Origin: Chiloscyllium plagiosum
Taxonomy: Eukaryota
Reading direction: 5' to 3'
Assembly: GCF_004010195.1 (NCBI RefSeq)
Contig: NC_057758.1
Location: 2,741,853-2,805,852 of the forward strand
DNA length: 64,000 bases
Shown: positions 11,236 through 23,906 of the stretch, in pieces
Layout of the letters: every line of letters starts with the position of its first letter
Position numbering within the stretch: the first letter of the stretch is position 1
Notes under the pieces: model-generated
Databases searched by the model: none
What the model was told of the DNA's origin: nothing
Seen by the model: the letters and a program-made list of their open reading frames with translations, nothing else
Translations under genes and position numbers: made by a program

Positions 11236-12620
11236 ATGATGGGTGACTTGATAGAGGTTTATAAGATAATCAGGGGAATAGATAGAGCAGACAGTCAGAG
11301 ACTTTTTCCCCGGGTACAACAGAGTGTTACAAGGGGACATAAATTTAAGGTGAAGGGTGGAAGGTAAAAGGGGGATGTCAGGGGTAGGTTCTTAACCCAG
11401 AGAATGGTGGGGGCATGGAATGCGCTGCCCATGGGAGTGGCAGAGACAGAATCATTGGTGACCTTTAAGCGGCAATTGGACACTTATATGGATATGTGCT
11501 TGAGATAGGACAAATGTTCGGCACAACATCTTGAGCCAAAGGGCCTGCTCTGTGCTGTACTATTCTATGTTCTATGTTCTATGAATCTGCGCACTGTATT
11601 TTTAGAGTATCCGTTCTTCTTGAAATTTCTGCATTTGCAATGTTTGATGAATTCCAGCGTTGTATGTTGCCTTGTCTTCTTTGATGTCAGGAAGGTATGT
11701 AACACAAATGGAAAAGCAGGTCTGCCCAGTTAATACACGTTAATCACATGGTTCTTCACTGCATTATCTTTCTTATAAAATACGTGAAACGACTGGAGCT
11801 AGGACAGAACATAAGACAAATAGGTTCATTAATATCATCAAATGCAGACATTAGGCCATCCACCTGTGCTCTCAGGGAGGTACACAAGCAAGAAGAATGC
11901 AAATTTCTACCTCCCTGTTCGGACAAGAGTTTGTTGTGTTTACAACAGTGCAGACTACTTGCAGTGTATTCTCACAATTACTTGTGAAGGCCAGAACTGT
12001 GTGCACTGCTCCAAATCTGGCCGAAGGTGGATATATTTGGTTTAGAAATGTTCAATTTGAAATAGTTGCACAGCAGGGCTGTGAGGTTCTCTATCAGTTT
12101 GCCAACAATGAGTGAGAAGGTATTGGAGGCTTTGGCAGGCTTAAAAGTGAACAGGTGCCCAGGTCCATAACTCAGCAACGTTTTTCCTCAGCGAGTTGTT
12201 AGGATTTGTAATACGCTGCTTGGGAGATTGATGGAGGTGGATTCCACAGGAGGTTCAAAAGAGACCCAGTATATTCCCCTACCGTAAAATATGCATTTAA
12301 CTGGGAGGGGCATACAGGTTAAAAGTGGGTGTATGCTGCTTAACACTTGCTGGAATCTGGACAGACACACGCGGTCTAATGGCCTTCCTCTGTACTGTAA
12401 TATTCACGACCGATCTGAAAGGAACAGATAGACATGGTTAGTTTTTGGAGAGGTGGTACCCGCTCTAGGAGAACAGACACATTATGTCATGACCAGCAAT
12501 GTTAGTCTGAATAATGCAGAAGGCTAGGTTAGGAGCAGGACAGATAACGCAAAGTTTTTAACATGCAGTAACTTTCAGATACCAGACCAGAAGATAGATT
12601 AGCAGAAGTAGCCATCAGCT

Positions 12621-13064
12621 AGGAGAAAGTGACAACTGCAGAAGCTGTAGATCAGAGTCTAAAAGTGTGATGTTAGAAAAGCACAGTTGGTCAGGCAGGA
12701 TCCGAGGAGTAGGAGACTCGACCTTTCGAGCATGAACTCTTCATCAGTAAACGTCTCCTCACCAAAACCATGGATCCTGCCTGATCACATCAGCCACATC
12801 AGCCATGATCGAATTGAATGCAGAGCAGACTTGATGGGCTGAATGTGGATCGAAAAGTGTGGTGCTGGATAATTACTCCCGGTCAGGCAGGATCCATGGT
12901 TTTGGTGAGTAGACGTTTACTGATGAAGAGTTCATGCTCGAAAGGTCGAGTCTCCAGCTCCTTGGACCGTGCCTGACCGGGTGTAATTATCCAGCACCAA
13001 ACTTTTCGATCCACATTCAGCCCATCAAGTCTGCTTTGCATTCAATTAGATCATGGCTGATGTG
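12621..13064. repeat. PLE terminal sequence rearranged into interleaved inverted repeats with two opposed hammerhead motifs
   Basis: 12689-12784 is the reverse complement of 12883-12978, and 12795-12890 is the reverse complement of 12970-13064. Motif CTGATGA-A-GAGT-tcat-GCTC-GAAA-GG-TC at 12920-12947 (+) and 12720-12747 (-). Confidence 0.75.
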
Positions 13065-14247
13065 ATTGGCCTCAAATCCACATTCCTGCATTTTCCTGAT
13101 TATTCTTCGATTATCTCCTTGATTAAAATTCTGACTGTCTGAACCCGCTTTGAACTACCCCTAATACCCGTATACCTTTTCTCAGGTGAGAGAGCGGAAA
13201 ATGTTCTCAATACTCCAGCTGTGCTTCTCCAAGAGTCATGTAGAATCTCAGCAAATCTTCCAGACGTCTATACAGTGAGAGAGCCGTCTGAGAGTTCGCG
13301 TAAGACTCACTTTCTGTTCTCGTGATCAGGCCCTGCTCTATTGGTGGATGCAATGGCATGCTACTTTCTGATAGATGGAAACGAAAATCACTGCACTGAT
13401 CTCTGTCTGTTGTCCATTTCCAAGTGCTCATTGGGTTAGGGTTGTTGGTCAGTAGCTTATGAGGGAGCGAAATAAGAAAATGTCAGGGTCACGTTGATAT
13501 CTTGTGGCTCCTATGCAGATACATAACAAAATCCTATCTTCCAGCCAATGCAATGATACAGTCCATAACCATCCCTGTGGAAATCCATTCCCATTGACAG
13601 ACGAGACCCATCAGAGGGAAATAAAAGACAAAAGGGATAAAGAAACCATAATGAAATACGGTGGTAGTTAAAAAAGGAGTTGGTTTGGGTGTTTTGGGTG
13701 GGGCACTGAGGAGGCTTGTAGGTGATACTGCTCATCCACATCTCGTGTGCATATCCTTCAAGTTGGGACATGACATGAGGAAGGAGGGGGGACATTGGTA
13801 CTTTTGCCGAATCTTGGTGTGGATGATCCATTCCTGCCAGAATCCCTTGTCCAATGCAGTCACAGAGAATAAAAACTGGGTCCGGTCTGTGTTCTGGGCG
13901 AGTAACATGGACGAAAAAGAGCCTGTGGTGTATTGCATTTGGTATAATGAGTTCTAACCGAATACTGCAAATAGCACAACTGCTTTCAGTAACACTAATT
14001 AAGAGATATGAAGAACAGAACCACACACAATGCACCCAATGTGATCGGACTGAGGGATATGGAGATGCGAACTGTACTTTTTCCTGAAATGTGACAAGCT
14101 TCTCGAACGTTGTTGAGCTGCTCGAATCTAATAGAATATTGTCCAGGCAAGTGGACAATATTCTATCAGACTCCCTACTCGCGCCTTACACTTTATGGGC
14201 ACGTTATATGCAGTGAGGAAATGAGTTGCTCACTGCAGGCTTCCCAG

Positions 14248-14788
14248 CCTCTCTCTTGCTTTTGAAGTGACAGTCGAATGATGGTCACTTTGGTAAGAGT
14301 AACAAAAAGATGGGGTACTGGGCTAATGGTCGGATACTTGGTAGTGTGGATGAGCAGAGGGATCTTGGTGTCCATGTACACAGATCTCTGAAAGTTGCCA
14401 CCCAGGTAAATAGTGCGGTGAAGAAGGCATATGGCGTACTGGCTTTTATTGGTAGAGGAATTGAGTTCCGGAGTACTGAGGTCATGATGCAGTTGTATAA
14501 AACTCTGGTGCGGCCACATCTGGAATATTGTGTGCAGTTTTGGTCGCCATACTATAGGAAGGATGTGAAAGATGTTAGGGGTAGGTTCTTTACTCAGCGA
14601 GTCGTGAGTTCATGGAATGCCCTGCCAGTAGCAATGGTGGACTCTCCCTCATTATGGGCATTTAAGCGGGCATTGGATAGGCATATGGAGGATAGTGGGC
14701 TAGTGTAGGTTAGGTGGGCTTGGATCGGCGCAACATCGAGGGCCGAAGGGCCTGTACTGCGCTGTATTCTTCTATGTTCTATGTTCTA
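14248..14788 (+). mobile_element. CR1 3' fragment with internal deletion
   Basis: RDLGVHVHRSLK...LVRPHLEYCVQFWSPYYRKDV joined directly to KDVRGRFFTQRVV. Tail (ttctatg)n. Confidence 0.85.
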
Positions 14789-14984
14789 TAAATACATTGT
14801 CGATTGTCAGGAAAACCCTTCTGGTTCACAAATATTCTCTAGGGAAGGCCTACATGGGGCTGCAGACCAAAACCAAAATGATTGACTCTTAAGTGCCCTC
14901 TGGGCTATTATAGATGGATCATCAATACTGATCATGTCAGTGGCAGTCACATCCCAAGACATTTTTTTTTTGAAAATATAACGA

Positions 14985-16420
14985 GTTCAGAGGTTTTCTG
15001 TTCAACCGCTACCCCCAGGATGTTGATAGTGGGGCATACAGTGATTTTGCCACTGATTTGATGGAAGGTATTCAGCCTAAAGTCCAGTTACTAGTGGTGT
15101 GCCACAAGGATCTGTTTTGGGACCACTGCTGTTTGTCATTTTTATAACTGATGTAGGCGCAGGCATAGGTAGATGGATAAGTAAATTTGCAGATGATGCT
15201 AAAGTCGGTGGAGTAATGGACAGATTGGAAGAATGTTACAGGTTGCAGGGCGACTTGGATAAACTGCAGAATTGGGCTGAGTGGTGGCAAATGGAGTTCA
15301 ATGCAGCTAAATGTGTGGTGATGCACTTTGAGAAGAATAACAGGAAGACCGAGTACTGCATCAATTGAAAAATTCTTGATAGTGTGGATGTGCAGAGGGA
15401 TCTTGGAGTCCATGTCCAAACATACCTGAAAGTTGCCACCCAGATTGATAGTGCTGTTACGAAGGCATACGGTTTGTTAGGTTTCATTGATAGAGGGATT
15501 GAGTTCTCGAGCCGTAATATCATGCTGCAACAAAACAGAATGCTAGTGCGGCTGCACTTGGAATATTGTGTACTGTTCTGTTCGCCATTTTTCGGGAAGG
15601 ATGCAGAAGCATTGGAAAATGTGCAGAGGAGATTTACCAGGATGTTGCCTGGTCTGGAGGGAAGGTCTGATGAGGAACAGCTGAGAGACTTGTGTCTGTT
15701 CCCATTGGAAAGAAGAAGGCTAAGGGGGGATTTGTTAGAGACATACAAGATGAACGGAGGATTAGATAGGATCGACAGTGAATGTTTTTTTCCTGGGTTG
15801 ATGACGTCAGCTTGTACAAGGGGGCATAAATACAAATTGAGGGGTGATAAATTTAAGACAGAGGCAGGTTCTTTACTCAGAAAGCGGTAAGGGTGTAGAA
15901 TGCCCTACCTGCCAATGTAGTTAACTCAGCCACATTAGGGAGGTTCAAACAAAACTTGGATAAGCACATGGATGATGATGGGACAGTGTAGGGGACGAGC
16001 TGAGAATAGTTCACAGGTCGGCACAACATCGAGCGCCGAAGGGTCTGTTCTGCGCTGTATTTTTCTATGTTCTATTGTTCTATGTTCTATGAATGTCTAA
16101 GGCTGGAGTTTAGATTCTCTTTGGTGGAATTATTCATTGTCTGGCATTTGTATATGATGTACTTCCACTTGTGACCTCAAGCCTGAATTTTGTTGCATTT
16201 GAACCCTGATTGTTTCAGTATCTGAGGATTAGCAAATGATACTGAACATTGGGCAATCATCAGAAACCATCCTTACTTCTGACCTCATAATGGAGGGAAG
16301 GTCACTGATGAAAAAGCTGAATATGACTGCGTTGAGGAATTCCTACAGTAATGTCATCGTGCTCAAATGATTGACAGCCAATAACCACAACTATTTCCGA
16401 TGTGACAAGTATGCCTTCAA
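14985..16420 (-). mobile_element. Old L2/CR1-group LINE RT remnant, split by a younger CR1
   Basis: Minus strand near 16240-16345 reads as degenerate GIPQ...FISDLPSIMRSEVRMVSDDC (FADD region). It continues at 14985-15060 on the other side of the CR1. Confidence 0.55.
15068..16091 (+). mobile_element. CR1 3' fragment (RT to tail)
   Basis: [44 protein letters not shown]. Tail ttctatgttctattgttctatg. Confidence 0.88.
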
Positions 16421-17488
16421 CAAGCAAAGAGTCCAGCCATTCATTTTAAATACATTTAATGCGTGAAATCCTGCGTGGAAATCTCACCTGAAGAATTCTT
16501 CATGAGCATTCGAATATATGCACTCAACGTCTGCGTCCATCATCGGGCATGGACAGGTAGCTCATAAGAGGAAGTGTCTAATTGAGGATGTATTCAGAAA
16601 TACTTCAGCTGTGTCTTTGTCTGACTGATGGGATCGCCCAGAGTCTGGGTATGTGGAAATATAAGCACCCTCCGCTCTGCCCGCTTTTGTCATCAAACAT
16701 GATCATTACGTTTGGATGGTTTGTGATCTGGTATGTTGGATGTGGTATCGCAGAGCTGAAACTATTGCACAATATTGAAGCAGGTTTGCCCGACGTCAAC
16801 AACATAATAACATGGCCCAAGGCAGCACACAATAGCAGCTGAAATCACCATGCACCAAGCATCAGATGGGGCAGGAGAGCAGGAACGCATGAAGGAGGTG
16901 ACAAAGAGAGAGAGAGAAAGAGAGAGAGAAAGAGATTAGCATTGTTAGGAGGCAGTTATAATATTGCCAACACAACATCAGGAATTTCCAGGCTGCACAG
17001 AAGCTGGCACACCCTGTGGATGGGAAAAGTGAAGTGGAAAATTAATTTGACGATCTTCCCATTATCTTTATCTGAGTTCATCCTGTACTCTCTCCCCTGT
17101 TCTATACTTCTATGTGTCTCCTGTTGTTTGGCGGCAAAGACTGGATACATGAAAGGCCTTTTTCAAAAGTTTGTGATTCTTTGATTCAGTCATTCCAACT
17201 CGCTCTCTCCTCCTCTCTATGACTTCCTTCTCTCTCAGCCCATCTCTCATTTCCACCTCTCTGCCTTTATAACGACTGGCCGAATTTTTACCTTCTCCAA
17301 TCTCCATTCTCCATCTTGTATTCTGCCTTTTTTTTCTTCTTTTTCATCCGCTGCTCTAATCCTTTATGTCATAATGATTATATTCTTCTTCGCCCCTTTC
17401 GTCCCCCATCTTTTTCTGTTCAGGTTATTCTCCACTAATTTTATCTCATTACTGCTGCATCTACTGCGTTGGATATAGATTTTTGTTC

Positions 17489-18418
17489 TGCTGTGAACCA
17501 GGTGAGGATTCCACAAACTATTTCAAGAATTGGTTGACATACTTTTGTTGTCGCAAGATGGCTCAGTGGTTAGCACTGCTCCCTCGCAGCGCCAGGGACC
17601 CAGTAACGATGCCAGCCTCGGGTGACTCTCTGTGTGGAGTTTGGACATTCTCGCCATGTCTGCGTAGGTTTCCTCTGAGTGCCCTGTTTTCTACCCACGA
17701 CCAAAGATGTGCAGATTAGGTGAATTGGCCATGCTAATTGCCCATAGTGTTCAGGGATGTGTAGACTAGGTGCATTAGTGAGGGGTAAATATAGAATAGT
17801 AGGTCAGGGAATGGGTTTGGGTGGGTTACACTTCCGAGGGTCTGTATGGACTTGTTGAACCCAAGCGCCTGTTTCCATTCTGTAGGAATTCTAAAAAAAA
17901 AAGCGTCAGCCTAGGCACTAACTTTCCTTATTGGAAAAGCAGATATTAAGTATATGTTTCAGGTGTGATGCAGCTGGTCAAGCCACTCGGCTTCAGCAAA
18001 ACATAATTTATTTAAACGCTACAGTTGAAATTGTGAATGAAAGCAGCATTTGTAAGAAGTTCGTTCTTGGTACCTTAACAGACCCAATACAGCAACTGAA
18101 CGAAGGAGTTCATCAATTTCCCGTAATGTCCCATAAACACACCCCTTGGGAAAAAGGTAAATTCAAAGTCAGGTTCTTGAAGGCGGCGAGATATGAGAGA
18201 CACATTTCAGTCAAGAATCATCTCCTAAAGCTTGGAAACTTTTTCCACTGCAGCAGCTTCTCACCGTTACAGCTAAACCAAAGTAGAACATGGCACTGAA
18301 CTGGGAGAACTGGCCACTCCCCTGCCATTGTTATACTAGGATCTCTGCCTTTACGACCTCCCTTCAGAAAGAAAGCCTACGAGCAAAATAACCTTGCTAC
18401 AGTGACAGCAACGTCACA
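17489..18418 (-). mobile_element. Solo LTR (Gypsy-type) with a SINE inside
   Basis: TG...CA termini and perfect 4-bp TSD gttc (17485-17488, 18419-18422). The minus-strand start tgtgacgttgctg matches the LTR fragment starting at 56659. Confidence 0.75.
17551..17902 (+). mobile_element. HE1/V-SINE-like tRNA-derived SINE
   Basis: tggctcagtggttagcactgct A-box head; core tgtgtggagtttggacattctc...ggtgaattggccatgctaattgccc; CR1-like tail. Confidence 0.8.
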
Positions 18419-19019
18419 GTTCCAAGACATTGCCGGTTTATTTAGCTGTGGAAGAGAATTGTCTTGTCATCGTTGATTCTGAGGTAGGTGAGGAAATTTA
18501 CAAGGAGTGAGCTCTCTCTAAATACGAATCCAAATTCTGCTATCTGTTGGTCCACAGATTTCAGAGACTGTAAATATTTTGTTTCTTCTCACTATTTAAT
18601 GCATTCAACAGTTGGATGAAAGGGAAAGCTCAACAAGTTCTTCAATGCTCTCTGAAATTAATTCAGGTCACGGCTTAACATAAAGTCTTTTTTGCACCAA
18701 CTCAAAAGCTGTAACATGAAGTTTGTTTCACGTACAATGACAGGCATCTATATGGGAATCAGCCAAAGAAACATATGCATCTGCATATCGGGTAAACCAT
18801 TAGCATTCCCCATATTTGGACAAAATTCCTCGAGATAATATACAAGAAAACAAATGACTTCGATCGGTTTACCCCGTTTATCTCTTTTCGGTCAAATCGG
18901 AGGAATGACATCATCGGAAAAAATGCCCTGCGACACCAAAGACATCCTTTAAGCACGAAATAGATGTGTAATCTGAGAAATTAACAGGGATTGACTGGGA
19001 CTGTCATAGTGTTAATGGT

Positions 19020-19582
19020 TGGGATGGAGAGGGATTTGTTAAGTGTGTATAATAAAATTTTCTGATTCAGTTTGTGGATGTAACTACAAGAGAAGGTGCA
19101 AACCTTGACCTACTCTTCGGAAATAAGGCAGGGCAGGTGAGTGTAGTGTCAGTGGGGGAGCACTTTGGGGCATCGAAGACTGAGGGGTGACGTTAATGAT
19201 GTGTATAAAATGATTAACAGACCCAACACAGCAACTGAACAAAGGAGTTCATCCATTTCCCGTAATATCCCATAAACATATTATGGATAAATAGGAAAAG
19301 TATTTCCCCAATGCAGAACTGGAGGGCATAGGTTGAAGGTGAGAGGGGAAAGATATAAAACAGACCTAACAGGCAACTATTTTTCATGAAAATGCCAGAG
19401 CAACTGGTGGAGGGTTGTACAATTGCAACATATCAAAGTCACCTGGATGGGTATATGAATAGGAAGGGATTGGAAGGGTATAGGGCCTGGTATTGGTAAG
19501 TGGGACTAGATAAGGTTGGGATATCTGTTTCGGCATGGAGCAGTTGGGCTGAAGGGTTTATTTCCATGTTAGACATCTCTAT
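19020..19582 (+). mobile_element. Deleted CR1 fragments
   Basis: Endonuclease remnant (TREGANLDLLFGNKAGQV...VGEHFG) fused to the ORF2 C-terminus and 3' UTR. Confidence 0.6.
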
Positions 19583-19589
19583 CCCTCCA

Positions 19590-21875
19590 CGGCAAGGTAT
19601 CTATTCAGCCATTGTATATGCACTGGCTTATAAAAGAGATACCCAGCTTATCCTCTTGTACAGTCCTCTCTCCGTAACCTTCTTCATTAATCATATTTGT
19701 ATACACACAGACACACACACACACACACTCTGGTTGGAAATCTCCCAGGGAATCCACACTCAAAATTCTCACAGGCAGTGCACTTTCTAATAACTCCCTA
19801 AGTAATAACATCCAATGGTACAACATGAGAGTATTGGAGTGAGGGCCCTGGGGATTTATCTCTATATTTTCTGATGGTGGATCAGCAGTTTGAAACAGTT
19901 TTTAGGAAGTACTTTGCAAATCCTAGCAACTCTTGGCTACAAGACTTGCTCCTCATCTTATTCCGAACTATCTTGCTGATGATCTTGAAAGTATAATTTA
20001 AAGGCAGCATGGTGAATCAGTGGTGAACGCTGCTACCTCAAAGCGCCAGGGACCAGGGTCCAACTCTAGACTCGGGTGACTGTATGCGTGGTGTTTGCAC
20101 ATTCTCACGTTATCTGCGTGGGTTTCCTCTGAGTGCTCTCGTTTGCTCCCACAGTTCACTGATGTTCAGGTTAGGTAATTTGGCTCTGCTAAATTGCCTA
20201 CCGTGTTCAGGGATGTGTAGGTCAGGGGTAAATATAGGATTGGGGTAAAGGGTCAGGGTGCATTACTTCTTGGGCTGAAGTTCCTGCTTCCACACTGTAG
20301 GGGTTCGATAGATTCATTAATTATACAATCCCACTTGCTGATGCACCAACAAGTGGAAACAAAACATCCTTCTTTACCCTGTCAACATTGTTCATGAGTT
20401 TCAACACCTGAAGGAATTCACCTCTTCTCTGCTGTGAGGAAAGCAAGCTCAGTTTCACTCCACTTTCTTTCTGTCGAAAATCCTACATTTTTGTTCGATG
20501 GTGCACATGGCTGCTCCTGTAGATTGGTGGGAAGTCGGTGGATCTCTGTAAATGTATTGCCCATCAAGTGGGCTACGTTGCCTGTAATGGCATCGGGCTT
20601 CGTGAGCATTGTTGGAGTTGTATCCATTCAGCCTTGCAACTTGTAAATGGTGAACTGCCTTTGGGAAATCAAGAGTTAAATGCACATGTCTTCACCAAGC
20701 TTCTAAACTGCCATTGTAACGTCTGTATATGAGGCAAGATTTATACTGCATTTAGATTCATTAGAACAGTAACACCCAGGATATTAATAGTGTGTGTTTA
20801 GAGGCAGCGAGATGTTCCATGTTTTTCAAAAGTGTGAATTTGAAATTTCTTGCCGACAATTCTGCATCTGTGGTGGAACAGCCACAAGCAGACGTGTTCC
20901 ATTACTAATGATCTTTTCTTAATAAAAACATTGATTTGAATCCCACTGATAAGAGTGAAATTCAACCAATTTACAACATTATCACGCCATTCAATCAAAC
21001 TTGTTTAGATTCCACAAGCAGCTATTCCGTAATCAGTAGAGTGTGGTTATCAAGTTCCACATTGAAATAGTGTGTTGCTTGAAGGGAACTTGCCATCACT
21101 AATGTTCACTGATATCTTTCCACTTCCCATTTAAATGGTTTGCAAAAAGCTTCTTCTCAGTAAATATTAGATCCCTTCATCCAGGATACAGAAAATTGTG
21201 TAATGGTGCAATGGATGGGGTGCCATTGCTGCGACACAAGACAGTAGTTGACAAGATGGTCGTTTGTGATTTTTCACCTAACACAAGAAAGTGTTGGACA
21301 GTTACGGACAGCACACAGTCACAGCTAAACTTATAGTTTTCACATAGCTAGCTAGATGACATGAGATTCTGCAGAGAACGAAACATTAAAGAAGTTAGCC
21401 AACTCTCTGTAAACAAGCATTATGTCAGCATTCTAAAGAGTCGCATTTTTCTAAGGATTAGTTTAGCCACGTTCCCAAGTTTGGTATTTAGTCGAATGTC
21501 AAAAGAAAAGCGCTGCTGCAGTATTCTGACCTACTTAGGCAGCTGAGAATTAGAAAGGCAAAGGAAACTATTAGTGTCAGAATATTAGTTGCATTGCTGA
21601 AGGAAATGTTGATCAGCAATAAAGAAGCCCGATGCGTTCTTAAGGAAGTAATGCAATGAATGGTTTAAATACGAATTCCAAAAATAACATTGGCTCAGGA
21701 CAGTTGCAAAACATGTCGAGACTATGGAAAGATTAACAATTTCAGTTTAGTTTGAACAATTTCTTCCAAGGAAATTGGACAAAGAGAAATTAAATAATAA
21801 TAGAAAAATAATGTCGTTGTTCCCTAATTATTGTTTTCTTGGGCAATCTAAACAAGTTTAATTTAATGGCTTGAT
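19590..21875 (+). repeat. Ancient duplicated block (3' flank of the GPCR pseudogene), paralogous to 62120-64000
   Basis: Collinear matches: tgcaaatcctagcaactcttggc (19915/62430), tgccatca..gttcactgatat (21091/63173), agctaaactt..atgagattct (21324/63424), atttaatggcttga (21861/63982). Confidence 0.8.
20003..20310 (+). mobile_element. HE1/V-SINE-like SINE
   Basis: ggcagcatggtgaatcagtgg... head and core tttgcacattctc...tgcgtgggtttcctc. Absent from the paralogous block near 62510. Confidence 0.75.
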
Positions 21876-22989
21876 ACAGTTGTAAAATGTTTGAATTTCA
21901 CTGTTATCAGTGTAATTCCAAAAGATGGTTGTATTAAGAAACGTTCATTAGTAATGGAAATGTTTAACATGGAAAACATAAAGATTTATTTAAAGTGAAA
22001 CGTTAGTTTAAAGTCATCTTACAGCATGTCAGCAGCAGGGATCGTAAACTGCATTTAAAAGTCAGGGGGCCTGTTGTTTGATTTCTCAGGCTGACGTCAG
22101 AGAGTGGCTGTTCTCAATTTATCAACCATTGATTATATTGAAGTTGATTTTTAAAATGGTAATGAATAGAAGAAATTAATATTCTTCCAATTCTGTTCTC
22201 AACATAGAACGCAATTTAGTAGAGATGGTAAGTAATGGTGTGCAGGTAGCAAATACCTGTAAAGGAATAAAACTATCAGAAGCATTTTAAGACCCCAAAC
22301 ACAGATGATGGAAATATCTAGCAGACATCATGAGATCATGGGAGGACCTAGAGGTGACAACTGAGTTATCCATCACTGAATGTCTTTTTAACCGAAGGAA
22401 TTATTCAGTTAGGAGGATGTGCTGAACATTGATGTAAATGTTGCATGTAATTACTGTAACATGAATGGAAATATAATGTTGCATTTCACTGGGGAAACCA
22501 GAGCATATGACCTTCTGATCAAGAGGGAAACTGCAGCTCATTTGAAAGCCAGATTCGGGGTAGTCTCTGACCACTCCCGCATATGTGGTAATGGAGCTCT
22601 GAAGGGGCCAAAGAACATACGACTTATGACTTCTCTTTGATATTTCTCCTGAAGCAGATGTTTCTTGTTACTTAATATCACGCTTCTGGAGTGTTATTGA
22701 GGTTGCGGTTATTCATTCAAGTTGTATACCTTGGAGTGAGTGCTAGACGTCAGGCAGTCAAGGTTTGAACTACTTTTTGGAGGAAGCGTGGGCCTCGTTA
22801 CAACATTTGCAGTCAAAGATATGGCTACATAATCAACTATAACTACTGAAATTTTCCGCACAGCTATTGATGACTGGAAACTCCAGTTGAGAAATATAGG
22901 GAGCTGCTTGAATTCTCCATAGCAAAATTTTGATTTAGTCTCGAGATTTTTACTTTCAAATAATGAAGGGACACTCTGCCCAAAATTTT

Positions 22990-23906
22990 TCAGCAACTTA
23001 TTAGCTCATTTCCTATTCGAGCATATTTTATAATAAGAGAGAAAGGATATTTCAGCATGTGTTTCAACTGATTTCGGAACATAGTTTGTGTCACAGCATA
23101 AATAACAGTATTTGTGCAGCAACTCAAGAGCTGCAGCATGAATCCTATTTCATGTACAATTCCAGACATCCAAAATGATCCATCGTGGAATAAATACAAT
23201 CGATTCCACAGAGAATAGACCAATAACACTGACCATAATAATATAAAATTAGCCGAGAGTACAAATAGTAAAATGATGGATTTCCTTCGACTCTCCAATT
23301 CTGGATCTTCGAGTCATTGTTCACTTTTTTGGGCTTGGAGCCTCCTGCGTGAACTATTAACTATTATAATGTGTCTGACAGTTAAAGCATTAAGAATCAA
23401 AATCAATACAAATGGAACACATGGTGTCAGAATGTAATGCAGAAAATCAATTATAGTCCAGAAGAATGTCATGGCACCTCCTGAGGAACAAAACCAGCGA
23501 GCTTACTGAAGAGTGTATGCGCTTTCATACATGAAATACCAGAAAATGTTTTTTAAGAAGCTCAGTGCAGACACTGTTCCCAGAACGACACCTGCTGTTT
23601 TCTCACTGCAATATTTACGTTTCAGCTTCTGGCAACAAATGGTCATAAATCGATCAAAGGTGAAAGTAACCGTAAACCAAACCGAACAGTCAGTAACTGC
23701 ATAAAGCAGGATAGCGTGAACATTACACACGGGGATAGACCTCAAGAAATAAAAATGCTCACTATAAACGATTGGAATGAATCTCAGTATCACGTCGAGG
23801 ATAATGACCAGTAGATCCGCCACTGCCATGGCCTCCAGATAACGACTGACAGATCTGGAGAGACCACATGTTCTGCGAAAGAGAATGATGATCGCCATGA
23901 TATTAG
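22990..23906 (-). pseudogene. GPR139/GPR142-like class A GPCR pseudogene, exon 2 (TM1 end to C-terminus)
   Basis: Acceptor ccctctcaccctcacAG|CTAATATC at 23906. Reads ANIMAIIIL..CGLS..AMAVADLL..PVC..DCSVWFTVTFTFDRF..CCQKLK..YC..WFC..LTPCVPF..LNALTVRHI..ESRRKSIILLF..CTNTVIYAVTQ..FR. In-frame TAA at 23503-23505 and TGA at 23314-23316. Confidence 0.9.

Larger units (their letters stand above)
8202..11367 (+). pseudogene. CR1 ORF2 remnant (APE endonuclease and reverse transcriptase)
   Basis: [71 protein letters not shown]. Multiple frameshifts, a 37-bp insertion at 9825 and an N gap. Confidence 0.9.
7009..11583 (+). mobile_element. Near full-length CR1 LINE (inactive)
   Basis: GC-rich 5' UTR, ORF1, ORF2 (APE endonuclease plus RT) and 3' tail (ttctatg)n at 11563-11583. 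Inserted inside the PLE. Confidence 0.92.
6311..11622 (-). mobile_element. 5'-truncated Penelope-like element (GIY-YIG endonuclease), interrupted by a CR1 LINE
   Basis: ORF 6397-6927 contains NLVYKIPCKDCHKHNVGQTGRKLATRIHEH...REFLEAWHS (GIY-YIG). The coding remnant resumes beyond the CR1 (FKKNGYSKNTVRRF at 11584-11625). 11-bp TSD aaatttctgca at 6300-6310 and 11623-11633. Confidence 0.88.

Noticed and set aside
9882..11367. Long ORFs of 333-454 aa here, and 252-300 aa at 58054-58956
   Set aside because: Artefacts of translating through N runs.
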